Shown: positions 42,101 through 57,100 of the stretch, piece by piece
Layout of the letters: each line of letters starts with the position of its first letter
How positions within the stretch are numbered: the stretch's first letter is position 1
Assembly (NCBI GenBank): GCA_032718475.1
Contig: JAUCBJ010001179.1
Coordinates: 69,562 to 133,561 of the forward strand
Direction: 5' to 3'
DNA length: 64,000 nucleotides
From: Nemertoderma westbladi
Taxonomy: Eukaryota; Animalia; Xenacoelomorpha
Position numbers and translations under genes: made by a program
Notes under the pieces: generated by a model
The model's input: the letters and a program-made list of their open reading frames with translations, nothing else
The model's database searches: none
What the model was told of the DNA's origin: nothing

Positions 42101-45100
42101 CCTACCAGCTACACTCACCAACTAATCCCTACCAGCTACACCCACCAACTAATCCCTACCAGCTACATCCACCAACTAATCCCTCTAATCCGCCAACTTA
42201 CTCACCTCCGTCTCCATTCTCCCCATCGCTTGTATGGATAGAATAGGTTTTATTGGTTTTATCTTCTGTGCTCATATTATCCTCATTAATTTCAACTTGA
42301 ACATAATTTGAATCGCCGGCCAACTGCTCCTCATTGCCGGCATGGCTCTGACTATCAGTGCTTGTCTCCATAACAACATCAGTATCGTGCAGATCAGAAA
42401 CATCTTCTTTAACTCCTCCGGTTAGATCCTGCCATGTGATGTCACTGAGAGCTAAAATATAGGAATTTATTAATCGCTTAATATTTATCCATTTTCCTAA
42501 TTTGTACATTCAATTCACCCTCCCTCCTATAACCCAGTTGGCCTGTAAAGCAACGTTACCTCTGTGAGTGAACGGGACTACCGAAGAATATATGATGGGA
42601 CTTTACCGAAGAATAATGGAAATCAACATTATTATTGCTTTAATATTTATAGAACTTATTTCTATCTATATACATATATTATCCATGGATCCCTGTAAGC
42701 TTGAACGTCTTTTCTCTTCAACGTTTTTTCATTTCCTCCACTTTTTCTCAAAAAATATATTAAATTCTAAATTGATTAAAGTTATTTAACCTTATCTAAG
42801 TTTTTTTTGTATTTGGAAATAATGTATAACTTCTATGTTAATACACAACTATTTTGCAATGGCAATGACACACCCCCACCCCCCCCCCCCCCCCCCTTCC
42901 TTATCCCACCGTCCTTAAATCCTCAATTATTTAATCAAATCGAATGAAGCTATTTAATCTAATATTCTTAGGTGGGTAGTAAACTACTAGCGCAATCTAT
43001 CATACTATACTCCTACCACTAACTATATAATACTATACCACACTATAATACTAGACCTATTATGACCGGTTGCATTTTATGGTGATCCCCAACTTTTTTT
43101 AAATTGTTTTGGAATGTATATTTTTGTTGAATTTAGAGGAAATAAATAAAATAATTTAATTGAACATGAAACATCGGCGGCAACCCCGCGACGCCTTCTC
43201 TCTCTTGACAATTACCTGTAACTCTCAGGTGGGGCCACTCTAACTCCCAAGTTTGAACACTCAATATATATCCAACCGTTACCGTAGTAGAAGCACAATT
43301 CCCATATCGCGCACCAGTTACGAGATTGTAACTCAACTTCCTCGGCGCAGGATTAAACAGTAGATCTCCCACATAAGGAGAAAAGAATAACACTTTACTA
43401 GAAGTGCTTATTTCCTTATCCGCTGTAGTCCCCCAACCTTCTCCCTTCATGAACTCTGTGCCTGTAGTTATGACCCTATAACTATAACTTCCCCTATACC
43501 TTCCCCTCCTCTAACTTACCCCCTATTGTTTCCCCTGTACCTCCCCCCTTTCCCCTAACTTACCCCGTGTTGTTTCCCCTGTACCTTTCCCCTAACCCAC
43601 CCCCTAGTGTTTCCCCTGTACTTCACCCCTTCCCCTAACTTACCCCCTATTATTGCCCCTATTCCCTCCCCCCTTCCCCTAACTTACCCCCTATTGTTTC
43701 CCCTGTACCTCCCCCCTTTCCCCTAACTTACCCCGTGTTGTTTCCCCTGTACCTTTCCCCTAACACACCCCCTAAGTGTTTCCCCTGTACCTCACCCCTT
43801 CCCCTAACTTACCCCCTATTGTTGCCCCTATTCCCTCCCCCTTTCCCATAACTTACCCCCTGTTGTTGCCCCTGTTCCTTCCTCTTCCCCTTCTGTCTCT
43901 CCATAATCGAATGGCGACGCAACTCTCAGTTCGAGTTTTGTTTTCGTTTTCATTAACTCTATAATACTTCCCTGGTCTAATCCGTCTAATGGCTCTTTAT
44001 TTACTGAAAGAACTCGATCACCAACCTTGAAAAATAAAAATATTACAGCTTTTATTTTTATATATTTGTGTGACCCGTTCAAAATCATAACAAGCGCGAA
44101 TCGCTCCTAGGTCCACGTCTACTAACGCATGAACTGTCTCCCGAATGTATGAATTTGCTCTAGAAACTGCGCCATGTGAAGCCTTATACATCTAAAATTT
44201 AAGTGGAAATGAATAACAACAACACCAACAATGGTATGAATACTAGAGGTCTCGAAACGCGGACCTAAAAAAACCGACCGAATCGAAACAAAGGCCTATT
44301 TTTGCGTTTACCTTTTTTTTTACACAACTACATGTAGTTTTCACGAATAATAATTTCCAACCTTGAGTTTAGTCGTCTGAGAGGCTAGACCCCCGGGTAC
44401 AATGTAAGTGATGTAAACGGCCCCATCGTCAACCAATTCGGAACCTTTCCCTCCGGCTATACTGAACCCTAAAGACTGCTCTGGTTGAACCTACAGAAAA
44501 ATAGTTGTATTTTTATAATATCAATAAAATCTATGTTGAATAAATTCTGGGAAGAGCTGAGTGTTGGCTTATTACTATGCAGTTTGGCGCGGGACAAATG
44601 GCCAATTCTGTTTGTCCGTTTCTCTGTGTCAGTCCGTCTGTCTGCCTAAACGAACCGTCTGTTTGTAAAATTTGATGTTTAAAAGTGATACAGATAATTC
44701 GGAACCGGTATGTAAATATAAATATTAATTCGATAATATTGTGCGTGAATCATAGATAGTTACCGAAAGTGATGTTTTATTAGTCTGTCGTATTTTTCTG
44801 ATATGACGGATAAGTTAAAAAGAAGCTCTAAACTATCTAATAAATGATTCATATTAACAAATTAATTAAGTCCAACCAATAAATCATATTCAGAACCTGT
44901 ATAACAGTAATTAATATTGGTTGAATCATGGAGGCCACCAGTTCGATCCCACCTGGACGCCATTGCCGAATTTGCTAAGCTGTGTCCAACAAAAATTATT
45001 ACGGTGTCCGAACACAACCCCCCCCCCCCCCGTTCAAATAGGACACTTCTCCCCGGACACTCCCCCCCCCCCCTCCCCCCCCGACTGTTCTTAATTTCGT

Positions 45101-48100
45101 ACTTGACTAGATACAACCTGTCCTGTAACCATCTTTAACTTTTGTTTATTGCTTTGATGCACCCAGATTAAGTTAACACTTTAACTGGGGGGGAACTGAC
45201 CGGGGGGAAGTGTCCAGGGGGGTGGTGTCATAGAACCATTATAACATATAACAGTAATGGCATTTTGGAAACATATCTGAACCACCAATGTCTAGTATTG
45301 CGATTATGTAGCATCTATATTTCTGCATCATTCTTTCAGGTTTACATTTTATCACCCAATCTCCATTATAATTATTATTGTTTTAATATAATAGGCGGAT
45401 CTCATTGCATGGCCCAACAAGGCACAGCGATGTATTTTAATGTAACACAATGTAACACATTGAGTTGCGAGGAATCAATATGTCAAGGCAATATATGTTT
45501 TGAGTCGACTGACTGACAGGAAATAATTCCTGTATGATTATTAGGGCTGAGCACAATGGCTGTAGATTGGCTGCTGTGGAACGACAATGACGCACATCAG
45601 GTGGTTCGACTGGGGAGAGTGCCATATTGCCTTCCTCCAGGACATCACCAGTTAGATCCACCTACTGGACGCCAAACTCATCTTTACCAAGGTGCGATGA
45701 ATAGTGTTGTAGATAACACGGGGGTAAGGTAATCGCGGATGACGTAGTAAGCAGGCTTAGCATACCGGTACCATCCGCACTACTGCAACCGTTGCCTAGT
45801 CGCCATCTAGCGGGGGACTGGAGAACTACTGAGTCTCCCCACACAAATTATATTCCAGACTATTGACAGACTAAGTTTGGTTTCATTTCATCATCAAATA
45901 TTGACTTGAGTTATTAGCCTTCAAACATTTGCCGACAGATAGACAGATAAACGGTTGAAACATTGGTACCTACTCGTACGCTAAAGCTCGCTTTCTACGT
46001 CGCTCGCCCCACAAATAAAAATTAAGTCATATTTTTTTACCAGTATAGTCTGGCATAAAAACAAATTGTTTTTCGATAAAATAATTCCTTAATATAACGG
46101 TGACCCGAAAGGTGCTACTCCCCGTTGAGGAATCAAACAGGGTATCCCCCATATTGGATGCAAAGAATAGCAAGAGATAGGTACTGGAATTACTAGACCA
46201 ATGGGAAGCCTTCTTAGCGAGGTGATAATTAGAAAGAAAAACCGCTAATAAAATACGAAAATTAACATAACCATATACAACAAGCAATAGCAAAAAGTAT
46301 TGTGTAGGTTAGTATGTAGTTTATTTCTTAATAAATTAACAATCAAAATAAGGTTCATTACTCATAAATTGATTAATAGGTTACAAAATAAATTGAGCGA
46401 AACCATAGAAACTATAAGTGTGTAGAAACTTAAGTATCATATAAATATTAATTATATAACATAAACCGAATTAATATTATAAACCAAATGGTTCGCACGA
46501 GAAGAAAAAATGTACTGAGTTAGACCTATTTAGGTTAGTAAATCAGATAGTTATTAGTGACGTCATAGTCTTATTGACGTCACGGGTATAGTTTGGAAGC
46601 TGTGTAAGTATGTAGGTGGCAGCAGCAATAAATAGTTCGACAAATGGGATAACAAGGGAGCTGATTGCATCAATAACATTGTGACGTCACACAAGCACGA
46701 ACAGATGCGTCACGAACAATTTGTCATCACGTCTTTCGTCTAGAAAAAAAAAACAAAAAAAAAGGTTTTAAACTTAATTAATTGTTCACTATGACGTGAT
46801 GATAATATAACTTATTTAACCAAATAAATGAGTGTCAGACAGATTAAACATCAATATGACAGACGACGTCATAGACACGCCCATGTGAAGAATACCAGGA
46901 TTTCACTTTTCGGTCGACTTTTTTTTATTGGAATTTTATATATGAAGATTTTTTATTTTTTTTAATTTATCTTTTTTAAGTGTTTTATAGCGCTTATTTC
47001 TGTCTTATAACCTGTGCATATACTAAATCGTTTATTGTTTTGGTTAGATTCAGCCCTTCTGTAACCTGTGCTTTTGGTGAAAACCTGGTATTCTTCACAT
47101 GGGGGTAACTGCGAAGTGAAATATAACGGCAGAAAGTCTGGTATTCTGCATATGGGCCCAAAGACAGACAACAAATTATAAGAAAAGACAAAGAAGGGTA
47201 AAACTACCAACCTTTATGAAATCAGTCGGTGACATAATATTTGCAGTCGCAGCGACATTATTATGCATATGTGGCGGTGAAAGCGAAAAGGTACCTTAAG
47301 GTGAAAATTACGTTTTGAGAAAATCGTATTTAAAGAAAAATTTCATTTTCAAGTCAAAATTTTCAATTTTTTTATTTTCAATGTGATATATGCAGTTTTT
47401 AATGAGGAATCCAAATCTGTTAACGGTATGTTAACAGCTAGCTTAGTTTTGGAGATAGTCAGCTTTGATTGAGGGTAGTCAGAAGTTTTGAAATTTAAAT
47501 CTCATTCCCGGTAGATATTATGTTGTTCTATGTAGATTTACTCTTATAAATTAATTTATATGCCTTATTATTCCAATAGAAAACTATCTTCCAGTTATTT
47601 TCAATATGTTTGCTTGTCAATCGCTCTCTTAGTTGTTCATGTACTGCTCGGAGTCCCAGATTAGATAAAAACCCAGCATAGTTGTTCACGTGCTGCTCGA
47701 AGTCCTGGCTAGAAAAAAAAGGCAGCATAGTTGTTCATTAGTTTGCTAATGCACATTCCTGTTACACATTTTGCCCCTCAAGCCTCAACATCACAACACA
47801 ACCCCCGCCCCACTCCAATTTAGTAAACTCACTTTCAAGATATTTTGTAAGTAATCCCTACGACAATTAAAATACAACAAAAACTTTAAACGCGATTTAC
47901 TCGTAATAATATATTTTCCATCTGGTTGTCGTGCCAATACTTAAATTCTAATAACTCCTGATGTACTCATCCAATCAGGATGATTTATAGCTCATTAGAG
48001 AGCTGAGATGTTGGCCAATCACATGAAATATCTAACTCAAAAACCTCATTTTCACCTTAAGGTACCTTTTCGCGTTCACTGCCACATATACACTTGTAGA

Positions 48101-51100
48101 CAACGCCAACCCATGCAAATAAAGCAGCAATCCATGCAATAAACTCATTTAAAATGAAAAACTAAACCAACATAGAAGCAACAATGCAAGGCGATGTGAC
48201 AACGACATAAATAATTGACTAAATTAAATCAATAAACAACAGTTACATAAATCTTGTGAAAAGCCAACAGGTACACAAAAAGTTACAATTGAAGGAAATA
48301 TATAAAGAATAGGCAGATAGAGGGGAAACTGGACGCAATAAAAATTCATCCTTCTCCACGGGAAATTCGACGCAAATAACATATGATTACTCTCAAAACT
48401 GTAACCTGTTCTATTGTATTTAGTTTATTGCTTTGGTTAAAATAACGTGCCACTGTAACCTGCTCCTTTCCCTAAATTGAGAATTTAACATTGAAGCGGG
48501 ATATTAATTTGCCAAGGCGGGTTTTGCGTCCATTTTCCCCCCTCTTTCAGAATAAGATTTTTAAGGAGTGAAATAAAAATGATTTTTCAAGCAAATAACG
48601 TAACTTCAAAGTATTGTAAGTTTATAAGAATCGTTATACCGGTATACTAATAGTATCGAATTAAAATCAATAATTTCCATCAATTTAATATGTTTTATTA
48701 TAGAAGTATATTCCGCTAATATTAATAGATGATTGTTCGACTTCCTTTACCCACTTAAGCGCTAATCAGATATTAACCCGCTAGCGTAAAAGAGACATCG
48801 ATCTAAACCTCGATATCTCCACCCCACATTGTGCATTTAACTTATCTTGTCAAGTCTGACTCATTTCCAATCCACGGCCCAGTTTAGGTAAAATGGAAAC
48901 TATGAAATAAGGTAATAAAATGGAAACATACCACCCACCTTCGCGGTTATCTAACCTATATTCCCAAAAATATAGAGCAAAAACCTAAAATAATCTAACA
49001 TTATAATTATGTCATTTAATTTAATTAATTATTATTAACATCTCACACCTTTATTAGAGTCACGTCCCTTTCATTGGCTGATTGTTGACTCCGCGATGAC
49101 GAACTGTTGCTATGGCGACTGGTAGGTCTGGAGCCCTCTTTTAACCGACCAATCGTGAGGCTAACTTTGCCTCGGACAGTCTGTAAGAAACATCAGGGAC
49201 ACAATGTAAGTGGCAGTAATATATACCAAAAACAGTATATTAGGTAATTATACCTCAGTTTTGCAAGTCTGATCTGTGGAATTCGCTGAATTATCAGAAC
49301 CTTATCAATTTTAGGTCTAATTATAAACAAATAGGTCCGAATTGTATTGAGATTTAAATTGAAGTTGACATTGTTCGTACTAAACTGTGTGTATATGAGG
49401 CTTTAAGAAACACATACTTTATACTAAGCTGAAGCCACACATAATATACTAACTTTAAGCCACACCTACTATACTAACTTTAAGCCACACCTACTATACT
49501 AACTTTCAGCCACACACCTACTATACTAACTTTAAGCCACACCTACTATACTAACTTTAAGCCACCCACCTACTATACTAACTTTAAGCCACACACCTAC
49601 TATACTAACTTTCAGCCACACCTACTATACCAACTTTAAGCCTCACCTACTATACTAACTTTAAGCCACACACCTACTATACTAACTTTCAGCCACACCT
49701 ACTATACCAACTTTAAGCCTCTCCTACTATACTAACTTTAAGCCACACACCTACTATACTAACTTTAAGCCACACACCTACTATACTAACCTTTATGCAC
49801 ACCTACTATACTAACTTTAAGCCACACCTACTATACTAACTTTAAGCCACACCTACTATACTAACTTTAAGCCACACACCTACTATACTAACTTTCAGCC
49901 AGACCTACTATACCAACTTTAAGCCTCTCCTACTATACTAACTTTAAGCCACACACCTACTATACTAACTTTAAGCCACACACCTACTATACTAACTTTT
50001 ATGCCACACCTACTATACTAACTTTAAGCCACACCTACTATACTAACTTTAAGCCACACCTACTATACTAACTTTAAGCCACACCTACTATACTAACTTT
50101 AAGCCACACACCTACTATACTAACTTTAAGCCACACACCTACTATACTAACTTTAAGCCACACCTACTATACTAACTTTAAGCCACACACCTACTATACT
50201 AACTTTTATGCACACCTACTATACTAACTTTAAGCCACACCTACTATACTAACTTTAAGCCACACCTACTATACTAACTTTAAGCCACACACCTACTATA
50301 CTAACTTTCAGCCACACCTACTATACCAACTTTAAGCCTCACCTACTATACTAACTTTAAGCCACACACCTACTATACTAACTTTCAGCCACACCTACTA
50401 TACCAACTTTAAGCCTCTCCTACTATACTAACTTTAAGCCACACACCTACTATACTAACTTTAAGCCACACACCTACTATACTAACTTTTATGCCACACC
50501 TACTATACTAACTTTAAGCCACACCTACTATACTAACTTTAAACCACACACCTACTATACCAACTTTAAGCCTCACCTACTATACTAACTTTAAGCCACA
50601 CACCTACTATACTAACTTTAAGCCACACACCTACTATACCAACTTTAAGCCTCACCTACTATACTAACTTTAAACCACACACATACTATACTAACTTTAA
50701 GCCACACACCTACTATACTAACTTTAAGCCACACACCTACTATACTAACTTTCAGCCACACCTACTATACTAACTTTCAGCCACACCTACTATACTAACT
50801 TTCAGCCACACCTACTATACTAACTTTAAGCCACACACCTACTATACTAACTTTAAGCCACACACCTACTATACTAACTTTAAGCCACACCTACTATACT
50901 AACTTTAAGCCACACCTACTATACTAACTTTAAGCCACACCTACTATACTAACTTTAAGCCACACACCTACTATACTAACTTTAAGCCACACCTACTATA
51001 CTAACTTTAAGCCACACCTACTATACTAACTTTAAGCCACACCTACTATACTAACTTTAAGCCACACCTACTATACTAACTTTAAGCCACACCTACTATA

Positions 51101-54100
51101 CTAACTTTAAGCCACACCTACTATACTAACTTTAAGCCACACACCTACTATACTAACTTTAAGCCACACCTACTATACTAACTTTAAGCCACACCTACTA
51201 TACTAACTTTAAGCCACACACCTACTATACTAACTTTAAGCCTCACCTACTATACTAACTTTAAGCCACACACCTACTATACTAACTTTAAGCCACACCT
51301 ACTATACTAACTTTAAGCCACACACCTACTATACTAACTTTAAGCCACACACCTACTATACTAACTTTAAGCCACACCTACTATACTAACTTTAAGCCAC
51401 ACCTACTATACTAACTTTAAGCCACACACCTACTATACTAACTTTAAGCCTCACCTACTATACTAACTTTAAGCCACACACCTACTATACTAACTTTAAG
51501 CCTCACCTACTATACTAACTTTAAGCCACACACCTACTATACTAACTTTAAGCCACACCTACTATACTAACTTTAAGCCACACCTACTATACTAACTTTA
51601 AGCCACACACCTACTATACTAACTTTAAGCCTCACCTACTATACTAACTTTAAGCCACACACCTACTATACTAACTTTAAGCCTCACCTACTATACTAAC
51701 TTTAAGCCACACACCTACTATACTAACTTTAAGCCACACACCTACTATACTAACTTTAAGCCTCACCTACTATACTAACTTTAAGCCACACCTACTATAC
51801 TAACTTTAAGCCACACCTACTATACTAACTTTCAGCCACACCTACTATACTAACTTTCAGCCACACCTACTATACTAACTTTCAGCCACACCTACTATAC
51901 TAACTTTCAGCCACACCTACTATACTAACTTTAAGCCACACCTACTATACTAACTTTCAGCCACACCTACTATACTAACTTTAAGCCACACCTACTATAC
52001 TAACTTTCAGCCACACCTACTATACTAACTTTAAGCCACACCTACTATACTAACTTTAAGCCACACACCTACTATACTAACTTTAAGCCACACCCTACTA
52101 TACTAACTTTAAGCCACACCTACTATACTAACTTTAAGCCACACCTACTATACTAACTTTAAGCCACACCTACTATACTAACTTTAAGCCACACACCTAC
52201 TATACTAACTTTAAGCCTCACCTACTATACTAACTTTAAGCCACACACCTACTATACTAACTTTAAGCCTCACCTACTATACTAACTTTAAGCCACACAC
52301 CTACTATACTAACTTTAAGCCACACACCTACTATACTAACTTTAAGCCACACACCTACTATACTAACTTTAAGCCTCACCTACTATACTAACTTTAAGCC
52401 ACAACTACTATACTAACTTTAAGCCACACCTACTATACTAACTTTAAGCCACACACCTACTATACTAACTTTAAGCCACACACTACTATACTAACTTTCA
52501 GCCACACCTACTATACTAACTTTCAGCCACACCTACTATACTAACTTTAAGCCACACCTACTATACTAACTTTCAGCCACACCTACTATACTAACTTTAA
52601 ACCACACACCTACTATACTAACTTTAAGCCACACCCTACTATACTAACTTTCAGCCACACCTACTATACTAACTTTAAGCCACACCTACTATACTAACTT
52701 TCAGCCACACCTACTATACTAACTTTCAGCCACACCTACTATACTAACTTTCCGCCACACCTACTATACTAACTTTCAGCCACACCTACTATACTAACTT
52801 TCAGCCACACCTACTATACTAACTTTCAGCCACACCAACTATACTAACTTTAAGCCACACCTACTATACTAACTTTCAGGCACACCTACTATACTAACTT
52901 TAAGCCACACCTACTATACTAACTTTAAGCCACACCTACTATACTAACTTTCAGCCACACCTACTATACTAACTTTCAGCCACACCTACTATACTAACTT
53001 TAAGCCACACCTACTATACTAACTTTAAGCCACACACCTACTATACTAACTTTTAGCCACACCTACTATACTAACTTTCAGCCACACCTACTATACTAAC
53101 TTTCAGCCACACCTACTATACTAACTTTAAGCCACACCTACTATACTAACTTTCAGCCACACCTACTATACTAACTTTCAGCCACACCTACTATACTAAC
53201 TTTCAGCCACACCTACTATACTAACTTTCAGCCACACCTACTACTAACTTTCAGCCACACCTACTATACTAACTTTCAGCCACACCTACTATACTAACTT
53301 TAAGCCACACCTAATATACTAACTTTCAGCCACACCTACTATACTAACTTTAAGCCACACCTACTATACTAACTTTCAGCCACACCTACTATACTAACTT
53401 TCAGCCACACCTACTATACTAACTTTCAGCCACACCTACTATACTAACTTTAAGCCACACACCTACTATACTAACTTTCAGCCACACCTACTATACTAAC
53501 TTTCAGCCACACCTACTATACTAACTTTAAGCCACACCTACTATACTAACTTTCAGCCACACCTACTATACTAACTTTCAGCCACACCTACTATACTAAC
53601 TTTCAGCCACACCTACTATACTAACTTTAAGCCACACCTACTATACTAACTTTAAGCCACACCTACTATACTAACTTTAAGCCACACACCTACTATACTA
53701 ACTTTCAGCCACACCTACTATACTAACTTTCAGCCACACCTACTATACTAACTTTAAGCCACACCTACTATACTAACTTTCAGCCACACCTACTATACTA
53801 ACTTTAAGCCTCACCTACTATACTAACTTTAAGCCACACCTACTATACTAACTTTTCAGCCACACCTACTATACTAACTTTAAGCCACACCTACTATACT
53901 AACATTCAGCCACACCTACTATACTAACTTTAAGCCACACACCTACTATACTAACTTTAAGCCACACCTACTATACTAACTTTCAGCCACACCTACTATA
54001 CTAACTTTAAGCCACACCTACTATACTAACTTTCAGCCACACCTACTATACTAACTTTCAGCCACACCTACTATACTAACTTTCAGCCACACCTACTATA

Positions 54101-57100
54101 CTAACTTTCAGCCACACCTACTACTAACTTTCAGCCACACCTACTATACTAACTTTCAGCCACACCTACTATACTAACTTTAAGCCACACCTACTATACT
54201 AACTTTCAGCCACACCTACTATACTAACTTTAAGCCACACCTACTATACTAACTTTCAGCCACACCTACTATACTAACTTTCAGCCACACCTACTATACT
54301 AACTTTCAGCCACACCTACTATACTAACTTTAAGCCACACACCTACTATACTAACTTTCAGCCACACCTACTATACTAACTTTCAGCCACACCTACTATA
54401 CTAACTTTAAGCCACACCTACTATACTAACTTTCAGCCACACCTACTATACTAACTTTCAGCCACACCTACTATAGTAAATTTCAGCCACACCTACTATA
54501 CTAACTTTAAGCCACACCTACTATACTAACTTTAAGCCACACCTACTATACTAACTTTAAGCCACACACCTACTATACTAACTTTCAGCCACACCTACTA
54601 TACTAACTTTCAGCCACACCTACTATACTAACTTTAAGCCACACCTACTATACTAACTTTCAGCCACACCTACTATACTAACTTTAAGCCTCACCTACTA
54701 TACTAACTTTAAGCCACACCTACTGTACTAACTTTTCAGCCACACCTACTATACTAACTTTAAGCCACACCTACTATACTAACATTCAGCCACACCTACT
54801 ATACTAACTTTAAGCCACACACCTACTATACTAACTTTAAGCCACACCTACTATACTAACTTTCAGCCACACCTACTATACTAACTTTAAGCCACACCTA
54901 CTATACTAACTTTCAGCCACACACCTACTATACTAACTTTCAGCCACACCTACTATACTAACTTTAAGCCACACACCTACTATACTAACTTTCAGCCACA
55001 CACCTACTATACTAACTTTCAGCCACACCTACTATACTAACTTTAAGCCTCACCTACTATACTAACTTTAAGCCACACCTACTATACTAACTTTCAGCCA
55101 CACACCTACTATACTAACTTTCAGCCACACCTACTATACTAACTTTAAGCCACACCTACTATACTAACTTTAAGCCTCACCTACTATACTAACTTTAAGC
55201 CACACCTACTGTACTAACTTTTCAGCCACACCTACTATACTAACTTTAAGCCACACCTACTATACTAACATTCAGCCACACCTACTATACTAACTTTAAA
55301 CCACACACCTACTATACTAACTTTCAGCCACACCTACTATACTAACTTTCAGCCACACCTACTATACTAACTTTCAGCCACACCTACTATACTAACTTTC
55401 AGCCACACCTACTATACTAACTTTAAACCACACACCTACTATACTAACTTTCAGCCACACCTACTATACTAACTTTCAGCCACACCTACTATACTAACTT
55501 TCAGCCACACCTACTATACTAACTTTAAGCCACACCTACTATACTAACTTTCAGCCACACCTACTATACTAACTTTCAGCCACACCTACTATACTAACTT
55601 TCAGCCACACCTACTATACTAACTTTCAGCCACACCTACTATACTAACTTTAAACCACACACCTACTATACTAACTTTCAGCCACACCTACTATACTAAC
55701 TTTCAGCCACACCTACTATACTAACTTTCAGCCACACCTACTATACTAACTTTCAGCCACACCTACTATACTAACTTTAAACCACACACCTACTATACTA
55801 ACTTTCAGCCACACCTACTATACTAACTTTCAGCCACACCTACTATACTAACTTTCAGCCACACCTACTATACTAACTTTAAGCCACACCTACTATACTA
55901 ACTTTCAGCCACACCTACTATACTAACTTTCAGCCACACCTACTATACTAACTTTCAGCATTACTGCGGCTTTATTTCTACTCGCTGTCCTCATATCCTC
56001 GTTGTTAATCGCGATTATCTGATCGCCGGTTTGCAGTCGGCCGTCCTGCTCGGCCAAACCACCAGAGAGAACGTCCGATATAATAACACCATTATTGTTC
56101 CTGTTCAATGGAAAATTTCAGTTTTAGGATCCGGTGAAACATCATTATGTGTAGTAGGCCAAAACTATTAATCAAGATTCATCTAATCGAAAAAAAAAAT
56201 AAAATCAACTCAAATTTAAAATAACTGCTTTCTCATTATTATACTGCACATTAAAGGTGCATAACAGAAATTTATAATGGAAACTTTACAAATATACCAT
56301 ATACTATACAATACTACATACAGTATAGTAACTAGGTACCTGTCTGTATACATAATTCATTAAGTGAAGACAAAATTATGTATAATAAAAGTACTGCTTA
56401 TAAAAGTAGCAGACTTTATTAATCTACTAACTTTCGACTTCTGATGCTGATTCCCAGACTGGATCCCGGCCTTTTACTTAAATCGACATTAAATATATCG
56501 CAAACATCTTCCTCCTTGTATATTGTATCATCTCTGTAGATTCGCATTGTGACGCTAGATGGCGTATGTCTGAGTGCGTGTATGGCTTCGTCGTGGGTGG
56601 CATTCCTTAGATTCACATGGTTGACCTGAAACAAATACCAACATTCTGATCAGATGCCGGTCCAACTCCACAGTCTGCCATTTCGTCTACTCACCAACTG
56701 TATGTAGTCTGTACTTTTCCCCAACCCACACTCTCCATTTCGTCCCCAACCCACACTCTCCATCTCGTCCCCAACCCACACTATCCATCTCGTCCCCAAC
56801 CCACACTCTCCATCTCGTCCCCAACCCACACTCTCCATCTCGTCCCCAACCCACACTCTCCATCTCGTCCCCAACCCACACTATCCATCTCGTCCCCAAC
56901 CCACACTCTCCATCTCGTCCCCAACCCACACTCTCCATCTCGTCCCCAACCCACACTCTCCATCTCGTCCCCAACCCACACTCTCCATCTCGTCCCCAAC
57001 CCACACTCTCCATCTCGTCCCCAACCCACACTCTCCATCTCGTCCCCAACCCACACTATCCATCTCGTCCCCAACCCACACTCTCCATCTCGTCCCCAAC

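Noticed and set aside
36983-42241. 574-aa and 443-aa plus-strand ORFs (PTSYTHQLI repeats)
   Set aside because: Translations of a 27/30-bp minisatellite whose unit lengths are multiples of 3; antisense within an intron, with no unique domain.
43133-43450. 105-aa minus-strand intronic ORF
   Set aside because: No recognisable motif, and the flanking exons join in phase without it.
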